This document shows, piece after piece, positions 22,341 to 38,988 of a stretch of 64,000 nucleotides of DNA. The DNA is taken from positions 1,734-65,733 of the forward strand of contig NIVC01004002.1 of assembly GCA_002269645.1 (NCBI GenBank), written 5' to 3'. The notes under the pieces were generated by a model that searched no databases, was not told where the DNA came from, and saw only the letters and a list, made by a program, of their open reading frames with translations. The stretch comes from Macrostomum lignano. Lineage: Eukaryota. The translations under genes were made by a program, and so were the position numbers. How positions within the stretch are numbered: position 1 is the first letter of the stretch; the number at the start of each line of letters is the position of its first letter.

Positions 22341-24139
22341 CCGAGTCTGGACAGTTGCCGGCGAGACAGAAAGCAACAATTTTCTGAAGCAACAGAAAAT
22401 ATTTTTATTTTTGCCCTGTCAAAATTGTGTCGTGGTTTGAAAAACTGGTGACGTGTTATACTCGTACATGCAGCAAAATGTTGTGTTGTCGGTATATTTC
22501 AATTAACGTCCTGTTTTTCCAGTTAAGCTCTTACAGCATGCAAATTTACATAAACATAGAAGTGGAGTAGCATGTAATTTTAATGTTATTGTTAATGTAA
22601 TGTTAATTTGGGCTGCTGCGAGCCAATAAGATTTGATATATTTCAAAGCGGCCTGTCTCTAGCTAGTGGGCTTCTGGCTATTACCATACACAAAGAAATA
22701 ATATTCTACCATTATAATGGCTCGAGTACAAGTTCATCTCACATCAAAGATATTGTCTGTATCTACAACAATACTCGCATAACCACACGTACTATTGCTC
22801 AATTTACGGTACATTTTTCTTTTCGTGAAGTAAGTTTTATTTTTCATGCACACGCTTCATTTGTTAACGAGATCTTGGTGCTCTGGCCTGGCGTTCAAAG
22901 CCAGGCCAGAGCAGCGCCTCATGAGGCCAGCGCCTCATGTGAGGCGTTCAAATAGTTGAATGCTAGTGGCAGCCTAAGCGTACATAGCAGCATGTACGCT
23001 TGAAGGGATAGTTATGTGAACTAAAAGACAGAATTTACTTCACTAAAAGGAACGCTGAAAAATCTGCAAGTATACTGGTAGCTTGGCCAAATCGCCAAAA
23101 TCGGAGTCAACAATGAGTTTAATTGGACTTTGCCTGTCCTCCGTCAGCCAGTGTGTGCTTTGCGTTGGTCACTGAGCCTGTCTTAGATGAAGGCTTCCAT
23201 TCCAGCCGGCTGCTGGCAATCTGATGGGATGATGATGCATGCAGAGTAAATAATTTGGGACATCTTCCATTCATAGACACTATCAGCAGTCCTCACTTAC
23301 TCGATATACTCGTACATTGACCCATTCAATCTTTGTCAGGCTTTATTAATATGAGCTAAACTTAATGCACATGTACTTCTCTAAACAAACTATATGTAGG
23401 CATGTGGTGTAGCTAGTAGGAAAGGAGCCTATCGATAGCAGACCCTCCCGCTCGATAGCAGCGCTGGCCTAGAGAATAATCTGTGCACACCTAAGCAGGT
23501 CTGCCTGCCTTGCCGGGTATGGCAGCACATGGTCTAGCAAAGGGCGGACGACATAATCATGACAGCAAAGCCCCGGATGACTGACTGCGCACTTTTAGCG
23601 TCCCTCTGACCCTCGTGTGCCCGAGTCTGCTAAACTTCCCGGCTGCTACGGTGGCTGGTGATGCTTTCAACTCTTTAGAGACTCGTCTAAGACAGGAGAT
23701 GTGTTCGATATACCGCAGTATGCGGACTACGGTGCATTATCCAAATCCAGACATTTTGCCTCCCATTCAGGTGATTTTGAATCAGCGTTTTGAATTTACC
23801 TTCTTCTCTCCTCCACCCGGCTTGTGCCTGGCATTCTCCAAAGACCCAACCTTGGATTGAGCCCGCCACTCCACTTTCTGATTGGCGATCTGCAATGCAG
23901 AAGACGGCTGGATGGTTAAAGCTATAAGAATTTCCTGATAGTCGTTTGCACAGACAAGGCGCTGTTTGATACTAAAACTCAATGCAAGCTGTTGCAAACC
24001 TTCTTCTCACCACCCCCTGGCCTGTGCGATGCATTTTCCAGTGAGCCAATCTTTGATGCCACTTTCCAATCCAGCTTCTGAACTTCGATCTGCAACACCG
24101 AATGTGGCAGAGGCGGATTGTGCGGGGTGAGGCGCAGCG

Positions 24140-24455
24140 CCAATATGTGTCACTCAGGATAGTCAATAGGTGTCACTCAGCATAGCCAATATGTGTCACT
24201 CAGGATAGCCAATAGGTGTCATTCAGCGTAGCCAATATGTGTCAGTCAGGATAGCCAATATGTGTCACTAAGGATAGCCAATATGTGTCACTCAGGATAG
24301 CCGATATTTGTCACTCAGGATAGCCAATATGTGTCACTCAGGATAGCCAATATGTGTCACTCAGGATAGCCGATATTTGTCACTCAGGATAGCCAATATG
24401 TGTCACTCAAGATTGCCAATATGTGTCACTCAGGATAGCCAATATGTGTCATTCG
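24140..24455. repeat. 23-bp minisatellite
   Basis: Unit CCAATATGTGTCACTCAGGATAG, about 13 copies. Confidence 0.95.
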
Positions 24456-27400
24456 ATCAGGATATCTGTATTGTAGTTCCCTTCTTGTTCCCTCCTCCGG
24501 CAGTGTGCTTTGAGTTGTCTAGCGATCCGATTTTGGACTGAGCCTTCCACTCCGGTTTCTGGCTGAAAATCTGTGCGGGTTGGATGATACGGTCGAGTGT
24601 ATGAATATTATTCCTTTGATAAAAACCGGTTACTTGTGTAACTGAAGATGTGGTTGCCCTCTGGCGGTGTTCTTAAGTTACAAGTAGCTTATGTCAGGTT
24701 AGCAGCGATTTTGCCGCCTCTATTACAGGTGCAACTACTTTGAATAATTACTTTAATTACTGTACATATGCAGGTTGGGAACTCCTGTATTCTCAGCTGG
24801 GTGGTTTCTTCCTTTCGCAGCGAACGGCCTGCTCAAGGGTGAATGCTCAGCCTCAAGGTGCGCTTTCTGCTTAGCGCCTTTTTCAGCAAAGCAGCTGACT
24901 TTGCAGGACGGAATCAGCTCGCCACCGGCTACAGGGCGATGGAGCCATCATGGTCTCAACGTGTCCACAAATCCCTCTGCCTATATGTGTATGACTAAGT
25001 AAGGATACATTGAACTCGAACTTTATAAAGCTAGCAGATTAAAATATCTGTATTGGTAAAAACCCTTGGAAACGAATGAGCTGCAGTTCCCATCATGCAG
25101 TCGCCTTACCGTCTTTTTGCCGCCGCCAGGTTTGTGGCTTGAATTTTCCAGGGAGCCGATCTTGGATTGTGCTCCCGACATTCTTCCAGGTGTACGAGCG
25201 TAATTTGCTGACTTTATTTGGCCGAATAAATTAGACCGTTTTTAAAGGTCCGGCCATCAATGCAGAAATCTGAACCTTTTATAGTCTCACAGACAGGAGA
25301 GACTGCAGGTCTGATGAAGTCGATCAGCGGCTGCTAGGATCTGATTCGGGCTCAGGGAACTCAGTGAATGTTTTACTAACCAAACTAACTTTGCCCACAG
25401 TTCGACGCTCATATTTATCGTCTTTCTTTGCCTGATCATTTATTCTCCACCGCGCAGCTCCTGACCTCCCGTTTCCCGGATGCATAATATGCATCCCTGG
25501 AAGCAACCATGCGCTAGTTGCCCGTCACGTGATATGTTCAAAGAAAAGATGCAAATAAAAGGGAATGAGAAAGAGCCAGGTGGCGCTTTGAGTTAACGAG
25601 AAATGGTAAAAGTGCATCGGCAATATCGTGAGAGCTGAAAAGAGGATGAAGCGAAAATAATGACGCGAAACGATCCTCCTTAGGGTCGATTGCGCGTTTC
25701 AGAAGAGCGCAGTCTGATCAGCTCATTTTGTTGAGGCAATTGTTAGCAAAATTTAAATCAGGAAATGCTGCATGTGCGTTACATTTATTGTCCTTGAGTT
25801 TATATCTTCATTTAAAAAACATTTGACATAAAAACTTTATGGCATAAAAACATTTTAAAAATTCTGGGGTAAATTTACGAGTTCACGCGATTCAAAGAGG
25901 CCTTATTGGATATCAAGAAAGAATGGCGGAAATTTTAAAAGTTGAAGTAAGACTATGGTAAATGGCTGAAGCCATTTCGGAGGCTCAATGGCTCGAAAAA
26001 GCCTCAATGGCTCGGAGGCTGCAATGTCTGCAGGTGTCTAAAATGGTACGCAAGATATGAAATTTTTACCATTTAAATGCCTGCTTATGACTATGGCCTA
26101 CTGGAAATGATGTAAATGTACTTAAACTACTCCCGCTAAATCATTGAAATCCAAAGAATCCCGTGACCCAGGGAAGGCTAAAAAAAGGTAAGCAGATAAA
26201 AAGAGTCATAAGTCTGTGAATTGGACCCGCTTGTGCAGGCGCCAAGCCCCCGTTAATTCTATACTTTGCCCCCGTTGACGAATTGGTAGCTCGAAGTCCT
26301 CGCTACCAACCACGGAAACGTTTTTTTGTAATATCTGGGTGGTTGAATAGCTCGTACTCCCAGTAAAGAAATAGTGCTCCACTTTCTCCTTACATATACA
26401 GTATATGTATTAGTATGTATTATGTATTTACATATATGATAAATATATTAGTGCTGGGCATCTTACATGTAGGCCCTATAGACTCGCTGTTTTGGCAAGT
26501 TTTGTTTAAAGCTAAAATTTTCGCCTTTGCTTTGTGTAATGTTTGCGGTATAACAAATACATGTACTTTAGCCTCAAAAATCTAGTTGCAGCAATCGGAG
26601 GTTTTAAAGCTAGCAATATTTGCCTATCGCCGGGTTTGTTGGCTAGTTGTACCAGACTTTCTCCAATAGCTGCAGCGGCTTGTGATGAAGATCGAGAATT
26701 GATACGGTAAATGATTAACGTGAGTAAAAACGATTCCAGATACAGTTTGATTGAGCACGGATTCTTTCGCTCGGATAATATTTATGACTGATGTCTAAAT
26801 TTAGACAAATTATTAAAATTAATATTAAGCACTGGTTAGATGATAAATTGGGGAGTGATAAGTTCAAGACTGTAATGGAGGTAAGTACGCTAGTATTTCC
26901 TAAGGCTGGCCTAAATCTCAGACCCTACTCTCGGATGAGGGCACCCACGGGTTGACAGCTCATGCAGCGAAGGCTCAACCAAATCTTATCGGATCTATAT
27001 TTCGGCGAAACGCCGGAATCCCTCAGACGACCAGCGCCAAAGAATTTTTCGCTTGCGAGGCTATAGCGGTTGGGATGGGGTGTCAATGGGCCGGGGCCGA
27101 ATCAACACGCTTGATATGCTTGACTTAGCTGCGGGTTGGGTTCGTAGACACAACGTGGAAGCGAGGGTCACCCATTCCGCTAGCCCCTAAAGGCCCGCAG
27201 ACAGGCAAAGGCGTGGGGCCGGTCAGGGTGGTCCGCCAGTCCGTCCTGCAGCGTGATCTTCCGTAGGGCTCGTCTTGTCGCCTGGAGGAACTGGAATAGC
27301 CGAGGGATGCAGTCAGGCTGGCGTACCTCGTCGACAGATGGGATCGACCCAAGGTAGCGTTGCCGGTCTCTGGTGAAGAGAGGGCAGTGACAAACAAAGT

Positions 27401-28039
27401 GCTGAGCATCTTCGTTGTCGTATTCCCAAAAAGGGCAAAGCTCACTCTTTCCTTCGGATTTTGGTTGAGAAGTATGTTCCTGAGCCTACGAGAGAGGCAC
27501 GGAACTGTGGCGCGGGATTGCCGGCAGTTCTGGGTGCCCGCCCATATCTGTCCCTGTGAAGGGAATCAGCATCCAGTCATCAATCTGACGATTGCCCATG
27601 CAGTCATCGATCTGACGATTGATGACTGTGAAGGGGAAAAGGGACCAGGAAGGAGCCAGAGCCGCCCTCTTCGCGAGGGTGTCTGCCAACTCGTTCCCTA
27701 GAAAAACTGGGCCTGGAGTGCCCTAGGATCCACTTCAGGCTGACAGTAATGCTACTGGCCAGGAGGTTGAGCTGCCGGGCGCAGTCAGCGATTTTCCGTG
27801 AATTTGTAGTTGGTGTGGCATGGGGCCTGTAAGGCCGCTTGGTTGTAATAATGGACCTCCTGGAAAATATCCAGCGGTCCGTGGCAGCATCCCTTGAGGG
27901 GATGGTGACCTATTAGCGCTGAAAAAGGTTGGGAGTGCGGGGTTCACTTTCAGATAAGACGCGGAACCCGCCGCAGTCTCTCAAGTCTTTGAGGCAGAGG
28001 TCGGCAGAGGCAGGAGCTTGCGCTTAGCCATGGTTAGCC

Positions 28040-29200
28040 CTATATGGCAGGAAACGAATGCCGGGGTCAATCAAACGGCGGGCAGTCTTGGCGGCATCCC
28101 TGACGACAAAGATGTCCAGTGGGGGGATTTTGAGGAAGGCGTTGAGGCTATCAAAATGCGCGCCCTTGCGTTCTCCTGAGAGTCTCTTGGCAGGTCTTCA
28201 TCTGCAGGGCGCTAGCCCAGATCAGGATGCCGTACGAGAACGCAGGCCTCGTGTAGTGTAGATCCACCAGAGGTGCTTTGGGGTGAGCACCAGGTGGTGC
28301 CGACGGCCCTGCGAAGCTGCGCAAGGATTGCGATGGCCATCTTGGCTTTTGCCTGAACGTGGGGTGACCAATTCAGCCTTCGATCCAGGCTAATCCCTAG
28401 ACATTTAGTCTGTTTGCAGAAGGATATTTCCTTTCCGTAAAGCGTGAGTGGCCAAATCTGCCACTTGGTCCTGCTGGTAAATTTGATCACTGCCATCTTA
28501 CTCACAGAGAGCTTTAGACTACAGCGATCCGCCCATTGCTCCGCGGCGTAGATGAAATTCTGATGTAGGTCCCTGTGGGTATCGGGACGGTCCAGACGCC
28601 ACGGCAGTTTCAGAATCACTTCCATCCATCACTTTCAGAATGGGGTCAGGCCGAGCATCCCGAAGGAGCTCATCGATGACCATATTCCAGAGAACTGGAG
28701 ACAGCACCGCACCCTGCGGGCTACCTTTTCAGACGGGGAACATCCTTCGTTGGCCCAGCAAACTGGTAGTACATGTACCAGTTTGTACTACCAGGTAGTA
28801 CTGGTAGTACTAGGTAGTACATGATCCACCTAGTAAGATAGATGCGAGTGCGTTTACCTATCACAGAGGGCTCTGCGGAACGCCTCAAAGAGAACATTAT
28901 CGAATTGGCGCCATCGATGTCCAGGAAGGTTCCCATGCAGAGCGAAGCCGTTGCCAGCAAGCACGGGCCTTCTCTAGTTTATCGCCCAGGGCGTGCAGTG
29001 CGCTTTTGGTTGAGCGATCCGCCCGAAAACATGCTGGTTTTCGCTAAGCGTTCTTCAGCTCCACAGAGAGAAGGCGTCAGAGCACCAGTCTCTCCATCAG
29101 CTTGACCAGGGAGGAGGTAAGGCTGATCGGTCTGATGGATGTGATAGAATGATAGTCCGGGCGGCCTGGCTTAGGGGGTGAAAATTTCATTTGCCTCGGT
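28040..29200 (-). mobile_element. Degenerate non-LTR retrotransposon RT (R1/I-group-like)
   Basis: Across frameshifts: LMERLV, RSTKSALHAL, FLDIDGA, PQGAVLSPVLWNMVIDELLR, KQTKCLGISLDRRLNWSPHV. GC-rich sequence down to about 27100 may be its 3' part. Confidence 0.82.
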
Positions 29201-29284
29201 CCAAGCCTATGGGACATATCCAAGCGTGATAGATAGAGCCAGCCTCTAATTCTGAAGGTGGAGCGTGAGCCCTCTAGCTCGTCA

Positions 29285-30400
29285 CATGCGGGCAGTACGA
29301 CTCAGCTCGAATGATCTGGCCTGCCAGCTGGAGTCGCCGACGGCGTAACAGTTCGTTAGCGGCGGTCAACAGGCCGGTGCGGCGATAGTGTGCCACATTG
29401 ATGACTCGCTCGTAGCTGATCTTGAAGGCGGCGCGCAGCAAGCCAAAGTGCGTTCGATCGACCTGCTTTTCGAGCGAACCGTCAGCTTTCAGGTCTCGGC
29501 GTTGTACAACAGGAGGGTCTCAGGAACAACCAGGAATAACGCCACCCTCTGACAGTCAGGCGGGGCATCGGACTGCAGGACAGCCCTCACGGGACGGAAG
29601 GCAGCCCAGGCAAGTCCACGGCGACGTCGCAGGTCCTCGCGAACGTCAGGCACCGGACCGCCGAGGTAGATGAACTGCTGACAGTGCGAAAGTTTCTTCA
29701 CCTGCCCGTCAGCGCCTCGGCAAAAAATTACCGCTTTGATATCGTCCGGCACGCAGAGCACGACGGTTTTCTGCGTGTTGACCACTAGGCCGACGCAAGC
29801 CGCAACGCTCACCAGCCGGTCCAGCTGGCGCTGGGCGCCCTCGATGGCCGAGGACAGCAGGTCGGGATCGTTGGCTTAGCCAAACACGCTGAGCCGTCTC
29901 TCCGGTTGACATCGACCCAAGCGTCGCTGTAGCTCGCTCCCGCTCCCGTCATTAGAAGGGAGAGAGCAGTCCGCAGCACCCAGTCAAGCTCCAGAACGAA
30001 CAGGAACGGCACAAGCTTATCTCCCTGAAGCATCCAAAGGATGTCTCAAAGAGATCTGACAGGCACAGCAGCGCAGCAGCACAGCAGCGTTCGTACCACA
30101 TGATACAGCGCCATGACGGCGGAAATCAGCGGCACGTGGTACGCGCACGAAGCACCATTGGGAGCAAGGCCCTCACGAACGAGTCGAAAGCCTTCCTAAG
30201 AAGTCAATAAACAGAGCATCCGATTGAGCAGCTTCGCATGCAGCGCAGGACTGCGGGCAGATACCTCGGTGCTCGGTACCCTGTGAGTATGGCGTGCGTT
30301 GATATCGCCGGCAACCATGAGCTCGCAGTTCTTGGCAAAGAAGGGCTCAACCAGCGTAACGAGGCTTTTGGGGACGACCGCAGCATTGCCTGGTATATTC
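29285..30400 (-). mobile_element. Degenerate RTE-like LINE RT fragment (same family as 57841-59440)
   Basis: LQGDKLVPFLFVLELDWVLRTAL, VAACVGLVVNTQKT, FIYLGG, DLRRRRGLAWAAF; nucleotide similarity to 58020-58700. Confidence 0.88.
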
Positions 30401-30759
30401 CGTACCCTTAGCAGCTAAGGCCGATGTCTAACGAAAAGCTCCAGAAGGGTGACCGGCGCCGGTCGGCTAGTAGGAAAGCATGGAGATAGACCTAAGCTCG
30501 TTAATTGGCTTAGTCTGTTTCGTGTTTCACAGGCATGCTGTAATTCTCATACTGCGAGCAATCAATTAACGCGCTTCCACTGCGCGGAACGTTAATTTGC
30601 CTATGCCGGTGATGGAAAACGGCCGGGGGATTAAAAGAAGCGAGAAGGAGAAGCAGGTCAGAAAAGGGAGAAAATGCAAACTTATTGTCAGCCAAACCCT
30701 CCCCCACAAGCCGATTAGTGGGGGCTGGCCTGTCGGGGCCTGGCGAGGGGAGGGCTGAT

Positions 30760-31040
30760 TAAGCGCGCCAGGAATAAGCGCGCCAGGAATAAGCGCGCAA
30801 CGTGTATTTTTTTGCACGTCGGAATAAGCGCACAGGGAACAAGCGCGCACGGAAAAATGTTGGAATAAGCGCGCTGCGATATATCAAAATATTGTAATAT
30901 TAAGCGCGCATCGATATTCCTCGATACAGGAATGAGCACGCAAAGTTTTGTCAAAATACTGTAATAAGCGCGCATCCATATTCCTAGGTACAGGAAAGAG
31001 CGCGCAACGTTTTTTAAAGTCCTGGAATAAGCGCGCACAG
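30760..31040. repeat. Cluster of AATAAGCGCGC-type motifs (probable subterminal repeats of a non-autonomous element)
   Basis: About 10 copies of TAAGCGCGC(A/C) at irregular spacing. Confidence 0.55.
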
Positions 31041-31189
31041 ATTTTCAACAGAACTAAGATAAAGTCGAATTTAAACTATGTATTTAAGACGAAGCAAGGT
31101 TACAAAGTTAAGAGTTGAAACTGTTAAAAGTTGAAGCTAAGTTAAAAGTTAAAAGTGTCTGCTTGCTTGAGGCGTGGCAGTAGGTCAGG

Positions 31190-31764
31190 ATGTCCAAAAA
31201 AATTGCAACTCCGCCATCTGCAGACGTAACAGAACCCTCTGCAAAACACACACGCCGCAGCAGTGCCGGAATCTCTGATCTGGTGCATCCATAATGGCGT
31301 GACAGGCAGCACCGGCGTCAGCCGGCAGAGGAGGCAGAATTCGGCGGCGCTGTTTCTACAGGGTCGACTCTATCTCTGCAAAGCCGATGGATGCTGCACC
31401 TGACGATCTAGCAGTCTCGTCATCAAAAATGTCTCGAAGAGTGGGTGGCACTCGAATCTTCGGCTCTTCTTTCAAGTCTACTCTTTAAGTGCAGAAGCTC
31501 CAGACGCTGTCCCTCTGCTTCGTGATTGTGGACTGATGTCACACTCAGGCTACCGTCTTGATGCTGCAGTAGGCGACCAGGACAGTGTTTGTCGCAGCAG
31601 CGGAAACCGACTTTGCTTCTATCTCTGCCACCATGTCTTTTCGATAGACGAATTCGTCCTTTACAAAAAGTTTTGAATCGCGACGGTTTCCTTCTATGCA
31701 CTCCATAGCTAGAAGTAACACTGAATAATTTGATCGCAGTGTAATCGGCTTTTAAACGCCGCAA
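31190..31764 (-). mobile_element. FLYWCH zinc finger-like / Mutator (MULE) transposase N-terminal remnant
   Basis: VGFRCCDKHCPGRL...SVHNHE followed by LELLHLKSRLERRAEDSS, an arrangement typical of MULE N-termini; an in-frame stop follows and no DDE core is seen. Confidence 0.55.
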
Positions 31765-33979
31765 TTGAAAGCATAAGTCATATATCAGGCCTAGCTACCC
31801 CTGGCGAGATTATAAATGGCGAGATGCATTACACTTTGCAAGCCGTGCCACGTGCTCAAAATCTAGACCGCTTCTGATTTGTCTGCTGATTAAAGCCCGG
31901 TTAAACTTTGTAAGTGCAATTCTCCTCCGCTGGGCTTAGCTGCATGGTTCTGAAATTACAGCATCGAATTATTTCGACTTTTGAATATTTCGCACCAACT
32001 CGCATAACTCGCAACTCGCAACTCGCACAAAATAGCAATAGTGAAAATAGCAAAAAACAAATAATAACAATGGCGTCATATGCTTACCCTACCTTTGTGC
32101 TTTTTGTTTTTTTTGTATTTTTTAAAAATAATAATGTTTCGCCGAAACTTCAAACCAATGATATCGCTAAATTAAGTGCAATTATTAAGGATAGAACTAG
32201 TATTGGCCCTGATATGTAAACAAGTGTATACAAATAATTGGTACACAATATATATATATATAATAAAAGCCTAGTAGAAACCTTTAATGTACAGTGATAT
32301 TTAGTAAAAGCTAGAGGTCTAATAAAAATTGGCTCAATGTCAATAGTATTATCCAAAATATATCATGTTATAACTAACTAACTAACTAGGAGTCTCTACA
32401 TTTTTTTACCTATATTTCCTCCATAGTTTGGATTGTGTATTAGTGTACACTGGGTCCAATGCCAGAAATAAGTAGGGCCTACAAGACCTTGTTTGTATTC
32501 TGAGACTGAAAAATATGTCATTGACACAATGTTTCTGCTATGTTATGTATGCCGAGATATACATACATTGATGTATACTAAAAATGGCAAGTACCTTTGT
32601 TATACACTGGGAAATCCTAGCATAGGCCTGTATGTCACCTTCCAAACTATGGTATTCCCTATATTTAAAAGTATAAAAATTCATGACATTTTAACTCATT
32701 GGTTTTATGAATCTATTTTATTATCCCTATTACACATACTGATACATAGGCCCTAGTCTACTAAGAATGATAGTAGGGCCTTGGACTATAGGACAGCCCT
32801 TATAAAATAGAAGGTAGCCTAAGCAAGTCCATAGTGACATTGCTGGTCCTTGGAAATGTCAAACACCAAATTGCTAAGGTAGGCTAAATAAACTGCTAAT
32901 AGTATAAAAACTGTCACTTGCCCATTAGTGCCTTAGCAGTTTTCAATAAAATTTTCTTATTAAATTGACATAAAGTTTTTTATATGAATTATGTTCTTGT
33001 CTAGTGGCATGATATATATGTATATATTATTAGATCTAGGCCTATTAATATATAAATTTTTATTTTAAGTATAACCATAAGATATAAAAGTTTTCTAAAA
33101 AAATAATTTTTCATGTCTATAATTAATAGTGAGTTAATGGGATAAACTATATAATGACAATAGGAACTTTCATGCCTTCTTTTTAGAATGATTGACAATC
33201 AAGCATGACTTTAATTAACCTAAAATTGAATGCTTCATAGTATTATTGACATAGTAATTTCTAAAAAGTTATTTAATACTAGTATATTATAATTACATAA
33301 TTAACCTAGAACAAAACAAATAAACTTTAAATAGTAGAGCAAAATCAGTTTCTTAGCAGAATAAAGGTTATAAAATATCAATCAATTAATGACTAAAACA
33401 TTCAATTAAAAAGCCTGATTTTGCATTGAAATTTGAATGTATATCAGCTTATTAAATATAGTATTATATAGGTATGATATAAAAAAATAAAATTAGATCA
33501 TCCAATATTTTTGTGTCATTTCAAGTATTAATAAACTGATCTTGATCTTTATTTTCAATAAAAACATTAACTACAATATGAAAATAGCATTTGTTGGAAT
33601 AGAATATCAAGATCATATTATATGAAGCTTATATTGATAACTATGGTATACTTCATATGCATAGAATATAGAAATTTTCATTTTTTTTCATGAAAGACAT
33701 GCAAAATGTTTTTTGCAATGCCATGCTAACTATCAAAAATGGTTATTTAAATGCTAACTAGGTGATGGCTAAATAATTTCTTTGTAGTCCTTTAGAAATT
33801 TGCTACAATGTAATTAACTGCAACCCCAATGTTTGATAACCATATAAACTAGTTTAATGAGCACTATACTCTATCCATGCCAAAGTAATAAAGCTAAATG
33901 TTGTTTTAAATCAATTGAAAAAGTTGCTTAATAACTTGGGAATTGCTTTTCAATACTCAAGCAATACCCGTGCTTCTAA

Positions 33980-37192
<3,213 letters not shown>

Positions 37193-37413
37193 GCTGCTGC
37201 TGTGAGACCCAGACTGACAAGTTTTTGTTGTAGAGTAAGGAAGCATTTTTGTTCTCAAATGGAATTAGGTCAAGTCTGACAAGCCAAGACAGTCCTGTGG
37301 CTCGAGCTGAAGCTCTGTAGGGTTTGCTTAGCTGTGCTTTTGATGTAATTTTTTGCCAGCACTTTTTTATTTTAGTCGGAACTGGGCCGGGAATTTTCGT
37401 ATCAGTGTTAGTG

Positions 37414-37419
37414 AATAAA
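37414..37419 (+). promoter_or_regulatory. Candidate polyadenylation signal of DLD
   Basis: AATAAA about 220 nt after the stop, followed by U-rich sequence. Confidence 0.5.
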
Positions 37420-37975
37420 TAATTCTAACATTTTCGTAGACTAATGAAATGCTTCTCATTGCCCGTTCCTGCGGTTTTTCATCTCAGTAAAGATTGAAGC
37501 TACTGCCTGACGTGCTGGAATGGCACAGACAGCCACCCCCTCCCAATGCTTTGTAATGCTAAGTTTCAATGAAGACTTACATATTATTAAAGAAAATACA
37601 AGGCTATTGTCGAACTGAGTTAGATCTTGCTCTATAGTTAGTAAATGTTATAAAATCGACATTGGATTCTTCTTTGAATTTGAATTTTTATGTTTTACTG
37701 TGAATTTTCTGTACCGTACGTGCGATTTTATTCGCCAGTAACTGCAGTGGTTGGTAGGCTCGTAGAGCTTATCAGAGCCTGTTCTTTCAGTGATGATTGC
37801 ACTTTATATTTCATATCATAATACAGAAATGACATGTGCTACAGCTAATTAACTAAATATCTCTTGGCTTAAGTACTGTAGGTACGAGTTCAACTTTCAC
37901 CCAAATAATTTAGTACGAGTAAAGCATTGGCTTAAAATTTTGCTTAGCAGAAGGTTGTATAGCCTAGTAGGGTTA

Positions 37976-38070
37976 TAGCCTAGTGATTAGAGCGTGGGAC
38001 TCAACGACTTGAAGGTCGGGGTTCGATTCCCGATTCCACTGGAACAATTTGTGTCATTGAGCAAGATACT
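37976..38070 (+). mobile_element. tRNA-derived SINE head (truncated)
   Basis: A-box-like TAGCCTAGTGATT (37976-37988), B box GGTTCGATTCC (38020-38030), then GTGTCATTGAGCAAGATACT (38051-38070), which resembles the start of SINE central domains; no proper acceptor stem. Confidence 0.55.
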
Positions 38071-38084
38071 CGATTGGAGCAGTT

Positions 38085-38860
38085 GTGGAATCCTGTTCAG
38101 GCGCAGCAGTTTGGATGAGAACTAATCGGTGGAATTCTGTTCAGGGCAGCAGCTTGCATGAGAACTAATCGGTGGAATTCTGTTCAGGGCAGCAGTTTGC
38201 ATGAGAACTAATCGGTGGAATTCTGTTCAGGGCAGCAGCTTGCATGAGAACTAACCGGTGGAATTCTGTTCAGGGCAGCAGCTTGCATGAGAACTAACCG
38301 GTGGAATTCTGTTCAGGGCAGCAGCTTGCATGAGAACTAATCGGTGGAATTCTGTTCAGGGCAGCAGCTTGCATGAGAACTAATCGGTGGAATTCTGTTC
38401 AGGGCAGCAGTTTGCATGAGAACTAATCGGTGGAATTCTGTTCAGGGCAGCAGCTTGCATGAGAACTAACCGGTGGAATTCTGTTCAGGGCAGCAGCTTG
38501 CATGAGAACTAATCGGTGGAATTCTGTTCAGGGCAGCAGCTTGCATGAGAACTAATCGGTGGAATTCTGTTCAGGGCAGCAGCTTGCATGAGAACTAATC
38601 GGTGGAATTCTGTTCAGGGCAGCAGCTTGCATGAGAACTAACCGGTGGAATTCTGTTCAGGGCAGCAGCTTGCATGAGAACTAACCGGTGGAATTCTGTT
38701 CAGGGCAGCAGCTTGCATGAGAACTAACCGGTGGAATTCTGTTCAGGGCAGCAGCTTGCATGAGAACTAACCGGTGGAATTCTGTTCAGGCGCAGCAGCT
38801 TGCATGAGAACTAACCGGTGGAATTCTGTTCAGGCGCAGCAGCTTGCATGAGAACTAACC
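38085..38860. repeat. 43-bp minisatellite, about 18 units, between the convergent DLD and FN2 genes
   Basis: Unit A(T/C)CGGTGGAATTCTGTTCAGGGCAGCAG(C/T)TTGCATGAGAACTA; period 43 (38121, 38164). Confidence 0.97.
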
Positions 38861-38988
38861 CGATGAATGTCTAATCTGTCGCAGAAAAGCAAAGCGGCAA
38901 ACCGATCAGTCAGTTCAGGTGAATTCACAAAATCAATTGGATCAGCGATGAGTGCCGGATGGCTGTCAGCTGGTGTGAGGCAGGTGCA

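Noticed and set aside
37976-38040. Functional tRNA gene
   Set aside because: The B box is good, but no acceptor stem or convincing cloverleaf could be formed, and a SINE-like domain follows.
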